DNA of 64,000 nucleotides, taken from NCBI GenBank assembly GCA_039802605.1, contig JBDRWW010000001.1:256001-320000 (forward strand), read 5' to 3'. Shown piece after piece: positions 1 to 7,077 of this stretch (position 1 is its first letter; every line of letters starts with the position of its first letter). The notes below the pieces were generated by a model, which worked only from the letters and a program-made list of their open reading frames with translations, searched no databases and had not been told where the DNA came from. This DNA comes from a candidate division WOR-3 bacterium (lineage in GTDB: Bacteria; Hydrothermota; Hydrothermia; LBFQ01). Both the position numbers and the translations under genes were made by a program.

Positions 1-1
1 T

Positions 2-703
2 TACGATAGCGTTATACACGATGTTGCATTGCAGAAATTACCGGTAAGGTTTTTCCTTGATAGGGGTGGCCTCGTGGGGGACGATGGTCCAACACATCAT
101 GGGGTTTTTGACCTATCATATTTAAGATGTATACCAAACTGCGTGGTTGCGGCGCCAAAGGATGGGGATGAATTCAGGGATTTAATTTATACCGCTTGGA
201 AATACGAGGATGGCCCGATATTCATAAGGTATCCTAGGGGGAGTGTTCCGGCGCCTTTAAGCGGTGGAACCCCAAGAATATTGGTTATAGGCTCTTGGGA
301 GGTTTTAGAGGAAGGGGAGGACATATTGTTCTTGCCGGTGGGATACTTTGTATATCCCGTAATGGAATTGCTAGAATCCTTAAAAGATTACGGAATACAC
401 CCCTATGTCATAAACGCGAGGTTTGTTAAGCCTATGGATGTTGAAACTTTGGAAAACCTTGCGCAGAAGGTTAAATACATCTTTACATTTGAGGATAACG
501 TTTTAAACGGTGGATTTGGTAGCGGGGTTTTGGAATATTTGGCGGATAAAGGCCTTTTAAACGGGAAAAAGGTTATGCGTTTTGGAATACCAGACAGGTT
601 TATTCCGCATGGAGAAAAGGGTTTGTTGCTTAAAGACTTGGGTCTTGATAACGAGGGCTTAAAGGCAAAAATCTTGGAGGTCTTAGGGGTTAGGGTGGTT
701 TAA
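2..703 (+). CDS. dxs: 1-deoxy-D-xylulose-5-phosphate synthase, C-terminal part (5' end outside window)
   Basis: YDSVIHDVAL, DRGGLVGDDGPTHHG, IRYPRG, NARFVKP and GIPDRFIPHG motifs; frame open from the window edge. Confidence 0.95.
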   Translation, partial: YDSVIHDVALQKLPVRFFLDRGGLVGDDGPTHHGVFDLSYLRCIPNCVVAAPKDGDEFRDLIYTAWKYEDGPIFIRYPRGSVPAPLSGGTPRILVIGSWEVLEEGEDILFLPVGYFVYPVMELLESLKDYGIHPYVINARFVKPMDVETLENLAQKVKYIFTFEDNVLNGGFGSGVLEYLADKGLLNGKKVMRFGIPDRFIPHGEKGLLLKDLGLDNEGLKAKILEVLGVRVV

Positions 704-1128
704 AGTTCAACCGTTATCCTTTTACCCTCCTGTTTTACCTTAACCCCTTTTCCGATAAACTCTTCCACAAAACCTTCAATTGCGCCTACCAAGGGACTTA
801 ATGCTTTGCTCTCATCCGGATGCGCCCTTAGAAGAAACGAATCTTTAACCTCTATGCTTAAAACATCCCCGCTTATGGAAATATCTATATTACCGAAACC
901 CGCCTGTAAAAAGAACTCCTTTAAGATTTCCGGCAATTCATCCTTAGAAAGATCAACCTTATTTCTCAGGGATTTTGCCGCGGCCTTGCCCGCTTCATTG
1001 GAGCCCTTCCTTATTAAACCCGATAACGGCCCCGCAAACTTGAGTATTTGGGAATAAACCTCCACGACAAAGTCCTTAGGCAATATTATCCCTTCTTCCT
1101 TCAAAAATTTTGCTATTTTTTCCTTCAT
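700..1128 (-). CDS. V4R/hydrocarbon-binding (Bet3/HNOB-like fold) small protein
   Basis: 142 aa; pattern FFxxAGFG..I.I.....IEVxDS...GAIEGFVEEF.G..V.V.E typical of V4R-like proteins; SD-like AGGGGGTGG upstream; no Cys residues. Confidence 0.55.
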   Translation of the reverse strand: MKEKIAKFLKEEGIILPKDFVVEVYSQILKFAGPLSGLIRKGSNEAGKAAAKSLRNKVDLSKDELPEILKEFFLQAGFGNIDISISGDVLSIEVKDSFLLRAHPDESKALSPLVGAIEGFVEEFIGKGVKVKQEGKRITVEL

Positions 1129-1140
1129 TTCCCACCCCCT

Positions 1141-1521
1141 TTACATATAGGCCTTAACGATTTCGTAAATCTTTTCCCTCTGTTTTTTGAACTCCATAAA
1201 CAGAGGTCCCAGCTTAACATTGGCCGTGGTTATAAACCCTATATAAAACCCTTCTATTACACCAACCAAAATGGATATTTCCCCCCCTTGCACGAAAACC
1301 ATTTGAAAATCCCTATCTCCAAACTCGTTTAAAACATTTTGAACCATAGCCGTGGCGGATGAAAGTAATCCCGCTATAACTATCGAGTCCTGTATGCTTA
1401 AAGCCTTTGAGATAACATGGGCTATGGGTAATCCCTCATCCGATGCAACAATTACGCCTAAGGTTTCGGGCACAAACCTTTTTATATCGTCCAAAACTTT
1501 TTCAAGTTCCGCGGCTATCAT
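1141..1521 (-). CDS. Roadblock/LC7 (MglB-like) domain protein
   Basis: GVIVASDEGLPIA...VFVQGGEISIL...ANVKLGPL pattern; start moved from 1584 to ATG 1521 (MIAAELEK) because a TATAAT box lies at 1531-1536. Confidence 0.8.
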   Translation of the reverse strand: MIAAELEKVLDDIKRFVPETLGVIVASDEGLPIAHVISKALSIQDSIVIAGLLSSATAMVQNVLNEFGDRDFQMVFVQGGEISILVGVIEGFYIGFITTANVKLGPLFMEFKKQREKIYEIVKAYM

Positions 1522-1628
1522 AATGCAAATATTATACGGTTGATTACCTTGTAAAGTGATAAAACTATCCAAAAATTGTTTCAAGGGATTGTGTTTGATT
1601 CCCCCTTTACAACCTTATAATACGGGTT

Positions 1629-3314
1629 ATGACCGTAAAGAATGGAAAGAAAATTTTGGAAGAGTTGTATAGCGAGTGGAAGGAGAGGATGAAAGCGTGT
1701 TCAAGGGATAGAAAGGAGAGGTTTTTAACGCTTTCGGGTATTCCTATAAAGGAATTATACACACCTTTAGACATACCGAACTTTGATTACGAAGAAAAGC
1801 TCGGTTTTCCCGGCGAATATCCGTATACCCGGGGGCCTTATTATAACATGTACAGGGGTAGGCCCTGGACTATAAGGCAGTTTGCCGGATACGGTAGGGC
1901 AAAGGATACAAACGAAAGGTTTAAGTATTTGATATCCATAGGGCAAACGGGTTTATCAACGGCCTTTGATATGCCAACCCTTATGGGATACGATTCCGAC
2001 CATCCATTGGCCGAAGGCGAGGTGGGTAGGGAAGGGGTTGCGGTGGATACATTAGCGGATTTTGAGATTTTGTTTGATGGGATAAACCTGGGTGAGGTTT
2101 CCGTATCCTTTACCATTAACGCCCCGGCAATTTTTATATACTCTTTGTACTTGGCATTGGCCGAAAAGCAGGGGGTACCCTTTGAAAAACTCAGGGGAAC
2201 GCTACAAAACGATATGTTAAAGGAATTCCACGCGCAAAACGAATGGATATTCCCCCCAGAACCTTCCGTAAAATTGGTAACGGATATAATAGAATTTTCC
2301 TCAAAGCATACGCCTAAGTTCAATCCCGTTTCAATTTCCGGTTATCATATTAGGGAAGCGGGATCAACGGCCGTTCAGGAACTGGCCTTCACCCTTGCGG
2401 ACGGGTTTGCTTATGTTGAAAGCGCCATAAGGAGGGGGCTTGATGTTGATGAATTCGCCCCAAGGCTTTCCTTCTTCTTCAACTCGCATTTGGATTTCTT
2501 TGAGGAGATAGCAAAGTTTAGGGCGGCGCGCAGGATTTGGGCTAGGGAGATGAGGTTTAGGTACAAGGCCAAAAATCCGGAAAGTTGGAGGTTGAGATTC
2601 CATACCCAAACCGCCGGGTGTTCCCTAACCGCCCAACAACCCCTTGTAAATGTTATAAGAACGGCCTTTGAGGCCTTAGCGGCCGTGCTGGGTGGAACGC
2701 AATCCCTACATACAAACTCTTATGACGAAGCCCTTCAATTGCCATCAGAAGAAGCCGTTACGATAGCGGTAAGGACACAGCAGGTGATACTTCATGAAAC
2801 GGGTGTTGCAAATACCATTGACCCGTTGGCGGGCTCCTACTTCGTTGAATGGCTTACGGACAAAATTGAAGAGGAGGCTTATAAGTACTTTGAGAAGATT
2901 TTAGACCTCGGAAACGGTTCATTCCTTGATGGGATTTTAAAGGGCATAGAGTTGGGGTTCTTTAAGAAAGAAATAGCGGATGCGGCCTATGAGTTTCAAA
3001 AGAGGGTGGAGGAGAAAGAATTCATATGGGTTGGAATAAACGAGTATGTTGAAGATGTTCCCTTAGAAGTACCAAAGTTTTATGTTGATCCGAAAATAGA
3101 GGAAGAACAGAAGAAATTCTTAAAGAAGATAAAAGAGGAGAGGGATAACGAGAGCGTTAGGTTGGCAATTGAGAGGTTGAAAGAAGCCGCCAAGAAAAAC
3201 AAAAACCTTGTACCATATTTCATAGATGCAGTAAAGGTTTATGCCACGGAAGGGGAGTTGATGGATGCCTTAAAGGAGGTGTATGGAACTTACAGGGAAA
3301 CCATAATAGTGTAA
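1629..3314 (+). CDS. icmA: B12-dependent acyl-CoA mutase, large substrate-binding subunit; isobutyryl-CoA mutase (IcmA)-type residues
   Basis: GEYPYTRG, WTIRQFAG, GTLQND, SISGYH, QSLHTNS and DPLAGSY motifs; no DxHxxG cobalamin-binding domain. Confidence 0.8.
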   Translation: MTVKNGKKILEELYSEWKERMKACSRDRKERFLTLSGIPIKELYTPLDIPNFDYEEKLGFPGEYPYTRGPYYNMYRGRPWTIRQFAGYGRAKDTNERFKYLISIGQTGLSTAFDMPTLMGYDSDHPLAEGEVGREGVAVDTLADFEILFDGINLGEVSVSFTINAPAIFIYSLYLALAEKQGVPFEKLRGTLQNDMLKEFHAQNEWIFPPEPSVKLVTDIIEFSSKHTPKFNPVSISGYHIREAGSTAVQELAFTLADGFAYVESAIRRGLDVDEFAPRLSFFFNSHLDFFEEIAKFRAARRIWAREMRFRYKAKNPESWRLRFHTQTAGCSLTAQQPLVNVIRTAFEALAAVLGGTQSLHTNSYDEALQLPSEEAVTIAVRTQQVILHETGVANTIDPLAGSYFVEWLTDKIEEEAYKYFEKILDLGNGSFLDGILKGIELGFFKKEIADAAYEFQKRVEEKEFIWVGINEYVEDVPLEVPKFYVDPKIEEEQKKFLKKIKEERDNESVRLAIERLKEAAKKNKNLVPYFIDAVKVYATEGELMDALKEVYGTYRETIIV

Positions 3315-3799
3315 TCCACTTTTTCCACAACCCTTTCAAAAACATAAACCCTATTATTGTTTAAAACCTTGACGTTTATGTAATAAATTCCCTCAGGCAA
3401 ACCGTTTAGATCAAAATAAACCACACCCTTACCCCGTTTTTCAAGGAATTTTTTACCGTCAACGAATAGGGTTGCCTTCACAAAACCTTCACCGTTAATA
3501 AGTATGTACCCTTCGGTTAAATCGTCCAAACCGTAAATATCAACACCCCTATGAAATTGAACCATTAAGGTTAAAAACAAAACTATTCCGAGCGCATAAG
3601 ACATCCACCTAACAATAGCCCTTTTAATCCCAAAAATTACGGATTTTCTCAAAGAACCTTGTAAATACAATTCAAATTCGTACAACCTTTTGCACCCATC
3701 ACAAGCCTTTATATGGTTTTCAACCTCAAACCTTTCCCAACCCGTTAACTTACCTATAACCAAAAGGGGAATTTTATCCTTTACCTCCTCGTGCTTCAT
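3290..3799 (-). CDS. zf-HC2 (ZAS) transmembrane anti-sigma factor
   Basis: HxxxCxxC (HIKACDGC), one TM helix, overlaps the upstream ECF sigma gene. Confidence 0.85.
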   Translation of the reverse strand: MKHEEVKDKIPLLVIGKLTGWERFEVENHIKACDGCKRLYEFELYLQGSLRKSVIFGIKRAIVRWMSYALGIVLFLTLMVQFHRGVDIYGLDDLTEGYILINGEGFVKATLFVDGKKFLEKRGKGVVYFDLNGLPEGIYYINVKVLNNNRVYVFERVVEKVDYTIMVSL

Positions 3800-4301
3800 T
3801 CTCCAAAATCTCCTTTAACTTCACCTTAGCCCTATTCAAACGCGACTTCACCGTACCTATGCTAATACCCAATTCATCCGCTATTTGCCTGTAAGTCCTC
3901 TTTTCAATATAAAACAACCACAACACCTTTTGATAACCCTCGGGGAGTTGGGAAAAGGCCTTTTTAAAACTCTCCAAGGGATATACGGGTTTAAACTCGT
4001 CGTAATCCTCCTCTTCGGGAATTTCATAGAAAAATATGGTTTCATCCGTATCCTCAATATCATCGGATAGGGAAACCTTATAAGAGTTATCCCTCCAATA
4101 CCTTCGCATTTCGTTTATTGCAATTTTGAAAAGCCATGTCTTCACACTTGACAAACCTTTAAATCTTTTAAACCCTTTTAAGGCCCTCAGGAATACCTCA
4201 TTTGTTAGGTCTAATGCATCGTTGATATTCCGTATCTTACTCAAAATGAACCTAAAAACATCGTTGTAATAGCACTTATATATATCCTCAAACCTTTGCA
4301 T
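3774..4301 (-). CDS. ECF sigma-70 family RNA polymerase sigma factor
   Basis: DALDLTNEVFL, TWLFKIAIN (region 2); YRQIADELGISIGTVKSRLNRA (region 4 HTH). Confidence 0.93.
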   Translation of the reverse strand: MQRFEDIYKCYYNDVFRFILSKIRNINDALDLTNEVFLRALKGFKRFKGLSSVKTWLFKIAINEMRRYWRDNSYKVSLSDDIEDTDETIFFYEIPEEEDYDEFKPVYPLESFKKAFSQLPEGYQKVLWLFYIEKRTYRQIADELGISIGTVKSRLNRAKVKLKEILENEARGGKG

Positions 4302-4310
4302 ACGGATGCT

Positions 4311-5075
4311 TTAATAGCCTATGCCCGCATAAAAGGATAGGGGTAAATCGGGGTGAAAGTTTGATATTGCGGTAAAGTTAAAGCCCCTTGCGTTCAGCGA
4401 AAATCCGACAAAGTAAGAGGGGACCTTTCCGTCATACCTCAGAGAGGCCAATATGTCTATTAAATCGTTTATTCCCCAAACTCCGCCCAAACCGTAATTG
4501 ACATCCCCGTACTGATCCTTTAAAACCCCAATCGCGGTTGTTAAATCGGCTCTTGGTGAAAAGGCTATATAAGAACCCAGAAAGGTGGGCATTGAAAAAC
4601 CTCCTATATCCGGTGAGTTTAAGTTTTTTGAGAATATCCCCAAGCGCCAGAATTCGTATATTTTGAAACTCGCCCCAATATTTGCACCTAGGGAATATTT
4701 TGTCCCGACATCACTTCTCGGATTGCTTATCTGAAAGTATGAGAGTGAAATTCCCAGATTAAAACCTTCCAAAACCTTTAAATTATAACCTGCGGTTGCG
4801 GAGAATTCGTTATATCTACCGCTGTACTCGTCCTCATCGGGTAAATCTACAAACATGTCCTCAAAGGTTAATGCAAAGCTTTTATAACCCAAACCCAAGA
4901 ACCCTTGATTTAAAATTGAAAAACTCCTCTGATAACCCGTTGAGAACGAAAAACCGTCAAATGTAATTGAAGGGTCAAAGGAAAACCTTAAAGGATTTTC
5001 AAGGGGCAAAAACCAAAACCCGGAAAAAAGGGGGCCCCCAGACCACCCAAAGGCCCCCAAAAGTATTAGAACCAT
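4311..5075 (-). CDS. Putative outer-membrane beta-barrel protein (possibly PorV/PorQ-like)
   Basis: Alternating aromatic/Gly beta-strands, C-terminal aromatic residue (FYAGIGY); GGAGG SD upstream. Confidence 0.5.
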   Translation of the reverse strand: MVLILLGAFGWSGGPLFSGFWFLPLENPLRFSFDPSITFDGFSFSTGYQRSFSILNQGFLGLGYKSFALTFEDMFVDLPDEDEYSGRYNEFSATAGYNLKVLEGFNLGISLSYFQISNPRSDVGTKYSLGANIGASFKIYEFWRLGIFSKNLNSPDIGGFSMPTFLGSYIAFSPRADLTTAIGVLKDQYGDVNYGLGGVWGINDLIDILASLRYDGKVPSYFVGFSLNARGFNFTAISNFHPDLPLSFYAGIGY

Positions 5076-6217
5076 TAATCAACCTCCATTTCGCCGCTTT
5101 TTACCTTCTCCTCAACCCCTCCAACCTCCAAACCCTTCTTCTGTCTGAGCTTCCTTAGGATTTTCGGCAAGTTTGTGTATTCCATCTCCTCTTCGGGCAA
5201 CCTGTGGGGTTCAAATACACCTTGCCTGCGCATAATATTTGCCAATAGGTTGCACTCCTCACGGGCCTTATCAAAGGACGGGTCATCAAACATATCCCTA
5301 GGCCCTATTAGTTTCCCATTTGCTATTTGGAATCCGGCGGCTATAACCCTTGGGGGACCGTCAAACCTTGAAGGGTTTGCCTGATGGAAGGGAACGGGCA
5401 TTAAGGGGCCAACATGGGAACCCCTCATCCACCCCTCAACGAAGAAGGGCCTTGCAAATGGTTCAAGAACCTCGCCCACGGCCGGGAATCCGCTCTGAGC
5501 CCTAACTATTAAAACCGGGTCATCCTTACCGACATACCTACCCGCTATTAGGGATAACCTCTGGGTTGAAGCAACGGCCCCTATTTCGTTATCGCTCCTC
5601 CTATAAACCTCCTTTACAACAAACCTTTCAACGCTTCCTATTAAGGCTAAAAGGTCGTACATCTCATCCGGGCAATCAACGGCATACTCTTCACCCGTTT
5701 TAACATCCAAAACTATAAACCTAAAACCCTCATGCATTGACGGGTCTATTACAAGGCCCGATGTGTTTTGTGGATTTGCGAACATCTCGTAAAGGGGTAA
5801 GTTCCAAGCGGAAGGGGAGGTTTTATCGGCCATGAAAATTATTACGGGTTCGGATGGCCTTTCTTCAAACTCCATTTCCGCAACACCTGGCCCCATACCC
5901 TTAACATTTCCGCTAAAAGTATCGGATAGGAGATCCTGGCCCGCACCGTAAAGTTTTAATTCTTTCGCCACCTCCGTAGCCCTTTGAAGGGCCTTCCACG
6001 CAAGGCCGTGTATTTCCTCGCTATCCTTACCCTTCTGGTGGGTCATTATTAGGTTTATATCATCTCCCACCCTCATAACCGCATAGTCTATTATCGTTCC
6101 CGCATCCCTGGCTTCCCTGAGGACATTATCCGCCGCTTCCAAGAGTTTCGGATGGGTACTTGAATGCCCCACCCATCCACCAACATCCGCCTTTATAACG
6201 CTCAAAGTTATCTTCAT
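5075..6217 (-). CDS. fbp: Fructose-1,6-bisphosphate aldolase/phosphatase (class V FBPase)
   Basis: SVIKADVGG, GDD, LYGAGQDLL, GNVKGMGPG, RYVGKDDP, GWMRGSH and MEYT motifs. Confidence 0.95.
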   Translation of the reverse strand: MKITLSVIKADVGGWVGHSSTHPKLLEAADNVLREARDAGTIIDYAVMRVGDDINLIMTHQKGKDSEEIHGLAWKALQRATEVAKELKLYGAGQDLLSDTFSGNVKGMGPGVAEMEFEERPSEPVIIFMADKTSPSAWNLPLYEMFANPQNTSGLVIDPSMHEGFRFIVLDVKTGEEYAVDCPDEMYDLLALIGSVERFVVKEVYRRSDNEIGAVASTQRLSLIAGRYVGKDDPVLIVRAQSGFPAVGEVLEPFARPFFVEGWMRGSHVGPLMPVPFHQANPSRFDGPPRVIAAGFQIANGKLIGPRDMFDDPSFDKAREECNLLANIMRRQGVFEPHRLPEEEMEYTNLPKILRKLRQKKGLEVGGVEEKVKSGEMEVD

Positions 6218-6221
6218 AGGT

Positions 6222-6239
6222 GGGTATTTTATCCCCGTT
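6222..6239 (-). promoter_or_regulatory. Putative -10 promoter/operator AACGGGGATAAAATACCC of fbp
   Basis: TAAAAT 8 nt before ATG 6217; 17/18 identical to 36249-36266. Confidence 0.5.
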
Positions 6240-6296
6240 TAATTTTTGGTTATACAGTTAAAAGTGGGAATTTCAGCCTTATAATATCCGCTTAAA

Positions 6297-6370
6297 GCCC
6301 CCGTAGCTCAACGGGATAGAGCGGCGGATTTCTAATCCGCAGGCTGGGGGTTCAAGTCCCTCCGGGGGCG
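6297..6370 (+). tRNA. tRNA-Arg (anticodon TCT), CCA not encoded
   Basis: Acceptor GCCCCCG/CGGGGGC, anticodon arm GCGGA-TTTCTAA-TCCGC, T-loop GTTCAAG. Confidence 0.95.
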
Positions 6371-6371
6371 C

Positions 6372-6548
6372 TTGAAGAACCTGCCAAAATACACAAGGAT
6401 TAATTGGATCTTTTGGGGCTTGTCGGCACTTTGCATAGCCGGAGGGTTCTATTTGACTCTAAACGGTGAAAAGGTTATATCAACGGTACTTTTTATCCTG
6501 GGATATGTTGTTTTCCCAATACCGGCAATATTATTAACGGAGAAATGA
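6372..6548 (+). CDS. Small two-TM membrane protein (DUF3098-like), 58 aa, absent from the ORF track
   Basis: TTG start; MKNLPKYTRINWIFWGLSALCIAGGFYLTLNGEKVISTVLFILGYVVFPIPAILLTEK; ATGA overlap with the next gene. Confidence 0.7.
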   Translation: MKNLPKYTRINWIFWGLSALCIAGGFYLTLNGEKVISTVLFILGYVVFPIPAILLTEK

Positions 6549-7042
6549 GGGTTTTGGTGCTATCCGATACCCATATACCACACAGGGCTAGTATGCTACC
6601 AAAGGAATTTTATGAAAAGGTTGATGGGGTGGATTTAATAATACATGCCGGCGATTTTACAACCCTTAGGGTTTTGAGGGAATTGGAAAGTTTTAAACCC
6701 GTTATAGGGGTTGTGGGTAATATGGATGAACCGGAACTCTATTCCGTATTACCGGAAATAAGGGTGGAAAACCTGAACGGTTTGAGGGTTGGAATTTTTC
6801 ACGGCGTTGGCTCTCCCATAGGTTTGGAGAAAAGGGTTAGGGAGAAGTTTAAGAGGGAAAACTACGAGGTGGATTTTATAATTTTTGGGCATAGTCATAG
6901 GTGGTTTTATGGGGAGGTTGAAGGGGTTAAAATGCTAAATCCGGGTTCTGCAACCGATAGGTTTTTCACCTTCAAAAGGAGCTTTGCCATATTAAAAATT
7001 GAAGGTGGAAATGTAGAAGTGGAAAGGGTTGAAGTTGAATAA
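6545..7042 (+). CDS. YfcE/VPS29-like metallophosphoesterase
   Basis: SDTH, HAGD, GNMD, FHG, GHSH and NPGS motifs. Confidence 0.9.
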   Translation: MRVLVLSDTHIPHRASMLPKEFYEKVDGVDLIIHAGDFTTLRVLRELESFKPVIGVVGNMDEPELYSVLPEIRVENLNGLRVGIFHGVGSPIGLEKRVREKFKRENYEVDFIIFGHSHRWFYGEVEGVKMLNPGSATDRFFTFKRSFAILKIEGGNVEVERVEVE

Positions 7043-7077
7043 TCAAATGTCTGGCAATGGTTAGAAAGGGTAAGGGG

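Noticed and set aside
1522..1628. Cobalamin riboswitch upstream of the B12 mutase
   Set aside because: The region is only about 107 bp, holds two divergent -10 boxes close to both starts, and lacks B12-box motifs.
6297..6370. tRNA genes as integration sites for an island or prophage
   Set aside because: No duplicated tRNA 3' end, integrase or phage genes seen for either tRNA.
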